From assembly GCA_049297675.1 (NCBI GenBank), contig JBAQUS010000017.1, positions 7,456 to 71,455 of the forward strand: a DNA stretch of 64,000 bases, in the 5' to 3' direction. Source of the stretch: Minisyncoccia bacterium (GTDB lineage Bacteria; Patescibacteriota; Minisyncoccia; Phycocordibacterales; DATDWN01). Positions 54,501 through 63,174 of this stretch are shown here, one piece after another; position 1 is the first letter of the stretch, and each line of letters begins with the position of its first letter. A program made the position numbers and the translations under genes. The notes beneath the pieces are model-generated. The model saw only the letters and a list, made by a program, of their open reading frames with translations, did no database searches and was not told the DNA's origin.

Positions 54501-54742
54501 CTCTTCTAGGTCACGGAGCTGCTCACACCTTGCAAGAAATTTTGACCATTAAGTCTGACGATATACTTGGAAGGTCAGCAGCTTTTGATGCAATTGTTAA
54601 AGGACAGCCAATAACTCAACTTAACACCCCTGCATCGTTTAATGTTTTGTTAAATAATCTTCGTGGATTAGCACTAGATGTTCAAATAAAGAGAGGGTCG
54701 AAGGAACTACTGGATGGGCATAAGCAGGATGTAAACAGATAG
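51539..54742 (+). CDS. rpoB: DNA-directed RNA polymerase subunit beta
   Basis: Conserved beta-subunit blocks (GYNYEDA-like SNYEDA, NMQRQA). Confidence 0.95.
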   Translation: MNTTLYPQKFFGRFRKPLVSTPNFVEPQINSFKWLTDSGLKEIFDEFSSIRDYSERKFTLDFTGFELDEPKYNEYYAKDNKLSYEAPLKVKVRLKNHVLGTEKEQEIFMADFPLMTSHGTFIISGIERVIVPQLARSYGVFFTESEVRGRRFFGAKIIPSRGAWIEIETDPDGVMSVRIDRKRKFAVTTLLRVFGVRDDESIKKLFIGNTNALSAIEKTLQKDHGKTIDEAFIEIHKRLRDGDMATADNAKEFINSIFDAERYDLSPVGRHRFNKRFGKKMEEKDLKKRTISLDDLVTIVSHISTLNNTPNSLPDDIDHLGSRRVRFVGELFQQKIRTGMAQIKRNIQNRMSTIDTDVTLPVQFISPKPLQARIKEFFTTNQLSHFMDQTNPLSEIEYLRTFSALGPGGLNRTRAGFEVRDVHPSHYGRLCPINTPEGPNIGLVLRMAIYARINSFGMLETPYAKVKNGKITDEIVYLNAAEEEGFAIAHAATPVGEDGKILVEDVEVRVEGEPSTVIREKVQYIDIATNQAFSIATSMIPFLNHNEAHRALMGSNMQRQATPCVIPEAPLVATGMEVDAIKDTGRIVIAEEEGVVIYSDGKRVVVKNNKAKEKEYNLIRFSRTNNFTAFHQRPIVNVGDKVKKGDVLADTSASVNGQSAVGQNMLVAFMSWGGSNYEDAIILSERVVKDSKFTSIHIEEFVVSVRDTKLGPEVTTCDIPNVGEAKLKNLAEDGIVRVGAEVRPGDILVGKITPRGETQLTPEERLLRSLFGEKAHDVKDTSKRMEGGKKGRVIKVQIFSREKGDKLDSGIIKRIHIEVAELRNVSVGDKLAGRHGNKGVISRIMPEEDMPYMADGTPIDVILTPLGVPSRMNLGQILELHLGLAANTLGYQAIVPPFAGATGEEIKHELKSAGFPESGKIKLFDGRTGHAFEQDIAVGYMYILKLHHMVDDKIHMRSIGPYSLITQQPLGGKAQNGGQRFGEMEVWALLGHGAAHTLQEILTIKSDDILGRSAAFDAIVKGQPITQLNTPASFNVLLNNLRGLALDVQIKRGSKELLDGHKQDVNR

Positions 54743-54781
54743 TTTGATGAGATTATATATAAAATCCTTAACTTCAACAAA

Positions 54782-57700
54782 ATGAGAACAAAAAATATAG
54801 AAACAAGCGATTTCGAAACTATAACTTTAAAACTAGCTTCTCCAGAAAGAATAAAAGAGTGGTCCTTTGGTGAGGTAACAAAACCTGAAACCATCAACTA
54901 TCGTACTCAAAGATCTGAAAAAAATGGCCTTTTCGACGAGAAAATTTTTGGTCCTGATAGGGATTACGAGTGCTATTGTGGAAAGTATAGAGGAATAAGA
55001 TTTAAGGGTATTGTCTGTGAAAAGTGCGGTGTTGAAATCACACGTTCGATTGTCCGAAGGGAAAGGATGGGGCATATCGAGCTTTCTACAGTGGTTTCTC
55101 ACATCTGGTTTTTAAAATCTATGCCATCTAGAATAAGCTTAGTTCTCGGTATCCCTACTTCTGATTTAGAAAAAGTAATTTATTTTGCTGGTTATGTAAT
55201 TACAAAGGTCTCTGAAGAAGATAGAACAAGATATCTCAAGGATTTAGATTCCGAGTACAAATCAAAAATCAAATCACTTCAAGATGATAAAACCAAAGAA
55301 GCTGTAAAGGAGATGCTCCTTACTGCCAAAAGAGAGATTGAGTCAATTCAGGAAGGTAAAGTTTTAGATGAAGTCGAATATTACAATTTCGGGATGAAGT
55401 ATGGAACTATGTTTGAAGCTTCTATAGGAGCCGAGGCCATCTATAATATTTTTAAGAAAATTGATCTAAGCAAGTTACTATCGCAATTAAGAGAAGAGCT
55501 AGAAAATTCAACTAGTCTTGAGTCTGTTAAAATTAACAAAAGAATCTCTCTAGTTGCCTCAATGATCAATTCAAACACAAGGCCTGAGTGGATGTTTCTA
55601 ACAAATATTCCAGTTATTCCTCCTGCTCTGCGCCCTATGGTTCCACTTGATGGTGGAAGATATGCTACATCTGATGTTAATGATCTGTATAGAAGAGTCA
55701 TAAACAGAAACAATCGCCTTAAGAAACTTAAGGATATTCATGCTCCCGATGTTATTTTGAGAAATGAAAAAAGGATTCTTCAAGAAGCAGTTGATGCGCT
55801 TATAGATAACTCAATAAGACACGGTTCGGCATCAGGTGCTGTCAATCAATCTCAGAGGAGACCTCTAAAATCACTAGCCGATAATCTCAAGGGTAAAAGA
55901 GGAATTTTCAGACAAAATCTTTTGGGAAAAAGAGTGGATTATTCAGGAAGATCGGTTATTGTAGTTGGGCCAGATTTACATTTAAATCAGTGCGGACTGC
56001 CAAAACATATGGCCTTGGAGCTCTTTAAGCCATTTGTTATATCACAACTACTGCAAAAAGAATTAGCTTATAATATTCGTGGTGCAAGTAAACTTATCGA
56101 AGACGGTATACCGGAAGTCTGGGCCATACTTGAAGATGTGATATCTAATAAGTATGTACTTTTAAACAGAGCCCCAACTCTTCACAGGCTTGGTATTCAG
56201 GCATTCAAACCGATTCTAATTGAAGGTAATGCTATTCAGCTTCATCCACTTGTTTGTTCAGCTTTTAATGCTGACTTTGATGGTGATCAGATGGCAGTTC
56301 ATGTACCACTTTCAGACGAAGCTCAACTTGAAGCAAAAGAAATAATGGCTTCAGATAAAAATATTCTAAAACCCGGATCGGGTGATCCTACCGTTTCAGC
56401 CAAGATGCTCGATATTGTTTTAGGATGTTACTGGATGACAAAAGAAGTTCAAGGAGAGCTAGGGGAGGGAAAATATTTCTCTTCACCAAATTCTGCAATC
56501 ACAGCTTATGATATGGGGGCAGTTTCTTTTAGAGCGAAAATAAAAGTTTTGCCATCAGATTCAGAAAAATACACAGTATATGATGGAAAACTTTTTGAGA
56601 CTACTGTTGGCAGACTTTTATTTAACTCAGTTTTACCAAAGGATTATTCTTTCATGAATATGGAAATTAATCGTGATAGAATTTCTTCCCTCATTGACGA
56701 TCTCATAGAGAAGTATGGAATTGAAAATGTTTCAAAGATCATTGATCAGATAAAGTCTTTTGGATTCAAATACGCTACATATTCTGGAGTAACATGGGGG
56801 ATAGATGATGTAGTTATTCCAGAAGGAAAAAAGGAAATTGTCTCTAAAGCAAGAAGCAAAGAAGATATCCTCATAGAGCATTTTAACTCTGGACTTATTT
56901 CAAAAGATGAGAAATCGAGATTGACAATTGAGATATGGCATGGAGCAAAGGCAGACATTGAAAAATTAATACCGGGAACTCTACCTAAAAATGGTCCAGT
57001 CGCCGATATGGTGCTTTCAAAAGCCAGAGGGACAATGAGTAACATTACCCAGATGGCAGGTATGAAAGGTCTCATCACAAACACAGCCGGGGAAACAATT
57101 GAATTTCCAATTATTTCATGCTCCAAGGAAGGACTTACCCCTCTTGAATATTTTATTACTACCCACGGAGCCAGAAAGGGTTTGACCGATACCGCTCTTA
57201 ACACGGCAAAGTCCGGATATCTTACTAGGAAGATGTTCGTTGTAGCTCAAGATACCATAATAACCGAAGAAGATTGCGGAACAAAAGACGGAGTTGTCAT
57301 TGATAAATTTGCAATTTCCGGGATTGAGACACCAATTGCTAAGCATATTAAAGGTAGGTTTCTTTCGGAGGATGTCTCTGAAAACGATGGAAAGATGCTC
57401 TTTAAAAAAGGTCATTTGCTGAGCAAAAAAGATGCACAAAAGATAGAGTCATCTGGTGTCGTATCTGTTTGGGTTAGATCTCCTCTGTCATGCAAAACTC
57501 CAAACGGTATCTGCGTTAAGTGTTATGGTGTCGATTTGGGTAAAAACAAGGTTGTGGAATTGGGTGAAGCTGTCGGTACTATCGCCGCTCAAGCTATTGG
57601 TGAACCCGGAACTCAGCTTACAATGCGTACTTTCCATGCTGGAGGAACGGCATCAGTTGGTGGAGATATAGTTTCAGGTTTGCCGAGAGTGGAGGAACTT

Positions 57701-58456
57701 CTAGAGAAACGAAAGCCAAAAAATCCAGCTATTGTTTCCGGTGTATCAGGAATAATTTCCGAAATAAAGGTTAGTGAGAAGGAGAAATTAATTTTCATTA
57801 CTCCATCTCTTGAAGACAGAACAAAATTGAAAGATAAAATAGAATACTCAGTGTCACTGAACAGAGTCATTCTTGTTAAGGTTGGGGATGAAGTAAAGAA
57901 AGGAGACATAATAACTGATGGTTCAGCCGATATTGATGAGTTATTTAAGTATGCAGGTAAAGATAAAACAATCGACTATATTATTCATGAAATAAACAAA
58001 CCCTATGAGCTTCAAGGGGAGACTGTTTCAAGAAAGCATATTGAAACTATAGTTAGACAAATGTTTTCCAGAAAGAAAATTAAAGATCCAGGAGACACTA
58101 CTTTTCAAGATGGAGATGTCGTCGAGTCGGCTTTTCTATCAGAGGAGAATACCAGGGTAAGAGCACTAGGTAAGGATGAAGCAAAGGCAGAAAACATAGT
58201 TATGGGAATTATTGACGTTTCGCTTTCAAGAAAGAGTTTTCTTGCAGCTGCATCATTCCAGCATACTACTAGAATGTTAATTGCCAGTGCCTTGAGAGCT
58301 AATTCGGACCCACTTCAAGGACTAATGGAAAATGTTATCCTCGGTCGACTTATACCGGCCGGTACAGGTTTTAAAGACAGTAACAAATTCAAAATGATAC
58401 AGGAGATGAGGTCAAATAGACCAGCTGTCTATGAAGAAAGGAACAAGTTTAAGTAA
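54782..58456 (+). CDS. rpoC: DNA-directed RNA polymerase subunit beta-prime
   Basis: NADFDGDQM catalytic motif and the zinc-binding CxxC...CxxC N-terminus. Confidence 0.95.
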   Translation: MRTKNIETSDFETITLKLASPERIKEWSFGEVTKPETINYRTQRSEKNGLFDEKIFGPDRDYECYCGKYRGIRFKGIVCEKCGVEITRSIVRRERMGHIELSTVVSHIWFLKSMPSRISLVLGIPTSDLEKVIYFAGYVITKVSEEDRTRYLKDLDSEYKSKIKSLQDDKTKEAVKEMLLTAKREIESIQEGKVLDEVEYYNFGMKYGTMFEASIGAEAIYNIFKKIDLSKLLSQLREELENSTSLESVKINKRISLVASMINSNTRPEWMFLTNIPVIPPALRPMVPLDGGRYATSDVNDLYRRVINRNNRLKKLKDIHAPDVILRNEKRILQEAVDALIDNSIRHGSASGAVNQSQRRPLKSLADNLKGKRGIFRQNLLGKRVDYSGRSVIVVGPDLHLNQCGLPKHMALELFKPFVISQLLQKELAYNIRGASKLIEDGIPEVWAILEDVISNKYVLLNRAPTLHRLGIQAFKPILIEGNAIQLHPLVCSAFNADFDGDQMAVHVPLSDEAQLEAKEIMASDKNILKPGSGDPTVSAKMLDIVLGCYWMTKEVQGELGEGKYFSSPNSAITAYDMGAVSFRAKIKVLPSDSEKYTVYDGKLFETTVGRLLFNSVLPKDYSFMNMEINRDRISSLIDDLIEKYGIENVSKIIDQIKSFGFKYATYSGVTWGIDDVVIPEGKKEIVSKARSKEDILIEHFNSGLISKDEKSRLTIEIWHGAKADIEKLIPGTLPKNGPVADMVLSKARGTMSNITQMAGMKGLITNTAGETIEFPIISCSKEGLTPLEYFITTHGARKGLTDTALNTAKSGYLTRKMFVVAQDTIITEEDCGTKDGVVIDKFAISGIETPIAKHIKGRFLSEDVSENDGKMLFKKGHLLSKKDAQKIESSGVVSVWVRSPLSCKTPNGICVKCYGVDLGKNKVVELGEAVGTIAAQAIGEPGTQLTMRTFHAGGTASVGGDIVSGLPRVEELLEKRKPKNPAIVSGVSGIISEIKVSEKEKLIFITPSLEDRTKLKDKIEYSVSLNRVILVKVGDEVKKGDIITDGSADIDELFKYAGKDKTIDYIIHEINKPYELQGETVSRKHIETIVRQMFSRKKIKDPGDTTFQDGDVVESAFLSEENTRVRALGKDEAKAENIVMGIIDVSLSRKSFLAAASFQHTTRMLIASALRANSDPLQGLMENVILGRLIPAGTGFKDSNKFKMIQEMRSNRPAVYEERNKFK

Positions 58457-58534
58457 AATGTAGGTTAAAGTTTTATCTGAAAACTTTAAATCTTTACCTT
58501 ATCAACTTTATAACTTTATACTTTTAACTACAAT

Positions 58535-60304
58535 ATGTCTTCAGTTGATCAAATAAAATCAAAAATAGACATAGTCACCCTCATAAGCTCTTACATGAAG
58601 CTTGAAAAGGCTGGTTCGAACTGGAAGGGTAAATGTCCTTTTCACAATGAAAAAACACCCAGTTTTTTTGTTTCCCCTGACAGAGGTAGTTATTATTGCT
58701 TCGGTTGTCAGGCCAAGGGGGATATTTTTACTTTCGTGGAAGAGTTTGAGGGTTTGGATTTTCTTGGAGCACTAAAGGTTCTGGCAGAAAAAGCTGGTGT
58801 AGAACTGGAAAGATTCAATGGTGTGGAAAAAAACCAAGATAATCATCTATTCTCTGTACTAGAGCAAGCTACTTTCTTCTACCAAAAAAATCTATCGGAA
58901 AACAAAACTGCCTTAGATTACCTAAGAAATAGAGGAGTAAAAGAAGAGACAATTAAAGAATTTAGACTTGGGTTTGCACTGGACGAGTGGAGGAGTCTTT
59001 ACGATTTCCTTACAGATCGTGCTATAAAACCAGAAGAGATGCTTTCTGTCGGATTAATAAAAGAAAAAGATGGCAATACAAAAAAATATTACGATACTTT
59101 TAGAGGTAGAGTAATTTTCCCCATTTCGGATTCAAGCGGAAGAGTAGTTGGTTTTTCCGGAAGAATTATTAATTCAGAAGACTTTAGCGTAGGATCAAAG
59201 CTAGATACTGGGCAAGTTGATTCACCCAAATATCTCAACAGCCCAGAAACCAAATTTTTCAAGAAATCGGAGATTCTTTTTGGACTTGATAAAGCTAAGA
59301 GAGAAATTCGTCAAAAAGATTATTCCATTTTGGTTGAGGGACAGATGGATTTGATATTGATGCATCAGATTGGGCTAAAGAATACTGTGGCTACATCCGG
59401 TACGGCTCTAACTGAAACGCACTTAGTTAAGCTCAAACGATTATCGGATAGGATAACTTTCTCATTTGATTCAGACTTGGCGGGATTTAGTGCTTCGGAC
59501 AGAAGCGCAAAAATAGCTATAGGCCTTGGTATGGATCTTAAAATTGTACAAATGCCAGATGGCAAAGACCCAGCTGAATTAGCAAAGGATGACCCGAAGT
59601 TTCTTAGGGAATGCCTTAAAAACTCCAAATCTATCGTTGATTTTTACGTTGATACACTACTAGCTAAAGATTTATCACCAAAAGATTTAGCCATTGAGAT
59701 TAGGAAGAAAGTTTTACCTTATATAGCGGGAATGTCAGAAAAAACATATCAATCATTGTGGATTAATTCTATAAAAAGAAAAACATTTCTAAACGAAGAA
59801 GCTCTTTGGGATGATTTAAAAAAAATATCTCTAAATCAAAACTCTACAATTGACCAAGATTTTCCTAAAACTATCGGACCGCCTTTCAAAGATAGGATTG
59901 AATCTATAGAAAGAAAGGTTTTTGGTTTCCTATTGTGGATAAAAGGAAATAAAGTCGAGACAGAAGGTGTAGTGTTAAAGGAAATAGAAGATAGGTTGAG
60001 GGACATTTCTAAAGATAGGTTTGATAAGTTAATACAAAAGTTTGAAGAGGAAAAAACGCTATTATTGTTTGAGGTTGAGGCTTATTATAATAATAAAAAA
60101 AATTTATCTAAGGAGGTTGAGGAGCTACTTTTAGGACTTGAAGAGGAATATTTAAAAAAAGATTTCGGGGAAGCTATGATCAGCTTGCAAAAGGCTGAAC
60201 AGAAAAAAAATAGTAGTGATGTTTTAAAATATTTTGAAGAGTGTCATAGAATTTCACAAAGGATAAATACTTTAAAGACGATCAGAAATGCATATGAAAA
60301 ATAA
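58535..60304 (+). CDS. dnaG: DNA primase
   Basis: CHC2 zinc finger (CPFHNEKTPSF...CFGC) and TOPRIM (EGQMD). Confidence 0.9.
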   Translation: MSSVDQIKSKIDIVTLISSYMKLEKAGSNWKGKCPFHNEKTPSFFVSPDRGSYYCFGCQAKGDIFTFVEEFEGLDFLGALKVLAEKAGVELERFNGVEKNQDNHLFSVLEQATFFYQKNLSENKTALDYLRNRGVKEETIKEFRLGFALDEWRSLYDFLTDRAIKPEEMLSVGLIKEKDGNTKKYYDTFRGRVIFPISDSSGRVVGFSGRIINSEDFSVGSKLDTGQVDSPKYLNSPETKFFKKSEILFGLDKAKREIRQKDYSILVEGQMDLILMHQIGLKNTVATSGTALTETHLVKLKRLSDRITFSFDSDLAGFSASDRSAKIAIGLGMDLKIVQMPDGKDPAELAKDDPKFLRECLKNSKSIVDFYVDTLLAKDLSPKDLAIEIRKKVLPYIAGMSEKTYQSLWINSIKRKTFLNEEALWDDLKKISLNQNSTIDQDFPKTIGPPFKDRIESIERKVFGFLLWIKGNKVETEGVVLKEIEDRLRDISKDRFDKLIQKFEEEKTLLLFEVEAYYNNKKNLSKEVEELLLGLEEEYLKKDFGEAMISLQKAEQKKNSSDVLKYFEECHRISQRINTLKTIRNAYEK

Positions 60305-61562
60305 ATCAAAACAAAAAAAGAATAGAAAAGCCATAAAAACGCAAAAAAAAGCGTTTAAACCTGCCAAGTCAAGAAAAACAAAGAGAATTATTGTTCCCAA
60401 AATCAGGCATAGCAAAAAGGGAAAATCTTTAGCTATTAGTTCTGCCCGTAAGGAAAATAATAAACCGGTTAAACCGTTAAACAAAGCAGGCAGACAACAA
60501 AGCGGAATGGATAGGCTTTTAAGTAAGGGAAAAGAAAGGGGATATGTTACTTATGATGAAATTTTAAAGGAGTTTCCGACTATAGAAGAAGACATTACTT
60601 TTCTCGATGATATGTATGAAAAGCTCTCTACTGCGGGCGTTGACGTTTTAGAAGGAGGAGGCTTATTAGAGGCTTCAAATGAGGATTTAGTTAGTAAAAA
60701 GTTTGCCTATGGTAAAAGTGAAGAGGCCAGTTATGATTCGATCCAGATGTATCTTAAAGAAATCGGTCAATATCCGCTTATATCCGGTGGTATGGAAAAA
60801 GAGCTTGCTAGAAGGATTGAAAAAGGAGACGTGGAAGCCAAAAATCTCTTAGCAAGAGCCAATCTTCGTTTGGTTGTTTCCATTGCCAAAAAATATGCCA
60901 ATAAAAGCGCTGACCTCACTCTACTCGATCTCATCCAAGAAGGTAACCTCGGTCTCTTTAAGGCTGTCGATAAGTTTGATTGGACTAAGGGCTATAAATT
61001 TTCTACATATGCTACTTGGTGGATAAGGCAAGCTATTACTCGTGCACTAGCCGATCAGTCTAGAACTATTCGTGTGCCTGTTCACATGGTGGAGACAATA
61101 GCTAAGTATAAACAAGTTGTCAGACGTTTGTCGCAGGATTTGGGCAGGGAACCTTTGCCAGACGAAATTGCAATCGAAATGAATTTGCCTGTTGAGAAAG
61201 TGTATACAATTGAAAAAATAGACCAGTCAACTCTCTCCCTAGAGACACCGATTGGTGAAGAAGAAGACGGCAAATCAAAGCTCGGAGACTTTTTAGCAGA
61301 TGACAAAATTCTCTCTCCAGAGCAGGAGTCTATGAGAAGAATTATTTCTGATCAGGTTAAGGAAATTCTTAGTGATCTTCCTGAAAAAGAAAGAAAAATT
61401 TTAGAGCTACGTCACGGGCTACTCGACGGTGTTACTCATACTCTAGAAGAAGTTGGTAAAGAGTTTGGTGTTACCCGCGAGCGTATTCGTCAAATTGAGG
61501 CCAAGGCACATGAGAAGATCAGACAGCATGATAAGATTAACCGCTTGAGAAACTACATATAA
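60288..61562 (+). CDS. rpoD: RNA polymerase sigma-70 factor
   Basis: Region 2 (DLIQEGNLGL...YATWWIRQAI) and region 4 HTH. Basic N-terminal tail. Confidence 0.9.
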   Translation: MHMKNKSKQKKNRKAIKTQKKAFKPAKSRKTKRIIVPKIRHSKKGKSLAISSARKENNKPVKPLNKAGRQQSGMDRLLSKGKERGYVTYDEILKEFPTIEEDITFLDDMYEKLSTAGVDVLEGGGLLEASNEDLVSKKFAYGKSEEASYDSIQMYLKEIGQYPLISGGMEKELARRIEKGDVEAKNLLARANLRLVVSIAKKYANKSADLTLLDLIQEGNLGLFKAVDKFDWTKGYKFSTYATWWIRQAITRALADQSRTIRVPVHMVETIAKYKQVVRRLSQDLGREPLPDEIAIEMNLPVEKVYTIEKIDQSTLSLETPIGEEEDGKSKLGDFLADDKILSPEQESMRRIISDQVKEILSDLPEKERKILELRHGLLDGVTHTLEEVGKEFGVTRERIRQIEAKAHEKIRQHDKINRLRNYI

Positions 61563-61780
61563 TAGCTCGGGTCTTTTTACTCAATCTCATCGTCTAAAAT
61601 TTAAAAATAATCATCACCTTAGCACTAACTAAGGCTCTTCATATTTTTAAATTTTATACGCGATCTTGAGCAAAAATCCTCCGAGTTTCTTACTTGATAT
61701 CGAGGAGGATACAAAATATCCCATAAAATAAGGTTATTCTAGTTATTAAGATAGAAAAAATTAAGTTCGTCAAAAAATAC

Positions 61781-61808
61781 TTGACAAAAAAAATAACAGT
61801 GCTAGAAT
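61781..61808 (+). promoter_or_regulatory. near-consensus sigma70 promoter TTGACA-N16-TAGAAT
   Basis: Hexamers read directly. AT-rich context just upstream of a GC-rich gene. Confidence 0.55.
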
Positions 61809-61822
61809 ACATATGGAACAGA

Positions 61823-61843
61823 TTGATCGCATTCCGCGATCAA
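61823..61843. promoter_or_regulatory. palindromic operator-like site TTGATCGC-ATTCC-GCGATCAA between the -10 element and the RBS
   Basis: 8-bp perfect arms, positioned at about +15 to +35 of the predicted transcript. Confidence 0.5.
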
Positions 61844-61855
61844 AGGAGGATTCGG

Positions 61856-62506
61856 ATGGCTACCAAAGCGACTGTCAACGAGACCACCGTGCGCCAGGCC
61901 TTTGTGGACTACGCACGTGAGGCGACCCTTGCCGTCGGCAAGGACGGAGTACACCCTCGGTTTGTCGGGTTTTACATCGTTCACGAGGTCACCGATCTCG
62001 TGAATGTAGCGAAGCTCTCATACAAGGAGGGGCGCTTCGATGAGGCATTCGAGAAGATCACCAGTGCGAGGAAGTGGCTTCTCGGTGGTCAGCGCAAGTA
62101 CGTGCTGAGTTCGGTCGAGAAGTACTTCGAGGCTCGTCTCGAGGATCTACGATACTCCGAGCTCGAGCAGGATATCCTCGACGGCGTCAACTCGAAGATG
62201 AGGGAATTCGAGTCAGCTCTCGTTGCCCTCAAGGGTGGCAATGCCAGCCTCGAAGAAGTGACCGTCATGTATTGGGTGCTCAACGATGCAATCGAGAATG
62301 CACCCAAGCTCCAGGCAGAGCGCGACGAGCATCGTCGCAAGCTCGCCGACGAGGATCGTTCCCGCAAGCAACGCGAGAAGATGCTCGCCAAGAAGGCACG
62401 CGAGGCCGAAGAGGCAGAGAAGAGCCGTCAGGCTCAGATCGAAGCCAACGCTCGCTGGCGACAGGAGCGTGAGAGCTTCGTCGACGAGCTCTTCGCGGGG
62501 CTCTAG
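61856..62506 (+). CDS. hypothetical protein (216 aa), strongly GC-rich (~58% by eye), with a charged coiled-coil-like C-terminus
   Basis: AAGGAGG RBS 6 nt before the ATG. Codon usage is dominated by GAG, CTC and CGC, unlike the backbone. No recognised domain. Confidence 0.55.
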   Translation: MATKATVNETTVRQAFVDYAREATLAVGKDGVHPRFVGFYIVHEVTDLVNVAKLSYKEGRFDEAFEKITSARKWLLGGQRKYVLSSVEKYFEARLEDLRYSELEQDILDGVNSKMREFESALVALKGGNASLEEVTVMYWVLNDAIENAPKLQAERDEHRRKLADEDRSRKQREKMLAKKAREAEEAEKSRQAQIEANARWRQERESFVDELFAGL

Positions 62507-62534
62507 TACACAAGGTCGGCAAGGCCGACGAAGT

Positions 62535-62567
62535 CCGGAGAGGACAGCAAACTCTCCGGGCTTTTTT
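62535..62567 (+). terminator. intrinsic terminator CCGGAGAG...CTCTCCGG followed by GCTTTTTT
   Basis: 8-bp stem plus a T6 run. A second hairpin, GTCGGC-AAG-GCCGAC, sits just upstream. Confidence 0.6.
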
Positions 62568-62624
62568 AGTACAAAAATTTTATTTGTGATATTATTACGT
62601 TAGAAATCTTAGAGAGGAGTAAGG

Positions 62625-62756
62625 ATGTCACAGAGGACAAACACTACTATACCTTTCTCGTTAGGGTTCTTCGCCGTTTCATCCGTCTTTGTTGCGGGGG
62701 CAACATTAGTAGCACGTGGGCTAGTGATTGTTCTCAGTCAGTACTTCAACTTCTAG
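62625..62756 (+). CDS. hypothetical micro-membrane protein (43 aa)
   Basis: GAGGAG RBS and one TM helix. GC-elevated. Confidence 0.3.
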   Translation: MSQRTNTTIPFSLGFFAVSSVFVAGATLVARGLVIVLSQYFNF

Positions 62757-62766
62757 CGAGGTAAAG

Positions 62767-62925
62767 ATGGAAAAAAAGAAAGAAGTAATATGTAGTCCGG
62801 TTTGCGATAGTCGCAACATCGGTCCGTACTACTCAACAGGCTACAACATCTGCCGGAAATGCGGGAAACTTCTTGATGAGATCTTGCTCCCCCCAGAAGG
62901 GTCAGAAAGGTTGGTAAAAAAGTAA
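62767..62925 (+). CDS. hypothetical zinc-ribbon micro-protein (52 aa)
   Basis: CSPVC...CRKC Cys pairs, a GAGG RBS, and a terminator downstream. Confidence 0.35.
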   Translation: MEKKKEVICSPVCDSRNIGPYYSTGYNICRKCGKLLDEILLPPEGSERLVKK

Positions 62926-62930
62926 CAAGT

Positions 62931-62982
62931 GCTTGCGGGGGAGGGTAAAGTCAGTTTTCTTTACCCCACGCAAGGCTTTTTT
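62931..62982 (+). terminator. intrinsic terminator CTTGCGGGG.AGGGTAAAG...CTTTACCCCACGCAAG followed by TTTTTT
   Basis: Long imperfect hairpin plus a T6 run. Confidence 0.55.
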
Positions 62983-62987
62983 GTTAC

Positions 62988-63010
62988 ATGCCAAGGGGCA
63001 CCCTTGGCAT
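62988..63010. repeat. REP family 3 palindrome ATGCCAAGGG-GCA-CCCTTGGCAT
   Basis: 10-bp perfect arms with loop GCA. Confidence 0.85.
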
Positions 63011-63050
63011 AAGTGAATAATTATGGAAATATCACGACTTGGTCCTTTAA

Positions 63051-63072
63051 ATGCCAAGGGTGCCCCTTGGCA
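63051..63072. repeat. REP family 3 palindrome ATGCCAAGGG-TGC-CCCTTGGCA (inverse orientation)
   Basis: Same arms with loop TGC. Confidence 0.85.
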
Positions 63073-63174
63073 AGTAGGAAGTCAGTATTTAGTTATACAT
63101 CCCCGTCTTTCGTAGAATATTTTTCTCGAAACTTATCAATATTGTTTAAGGGCTTTTTCAGTAAGTCCACTACT

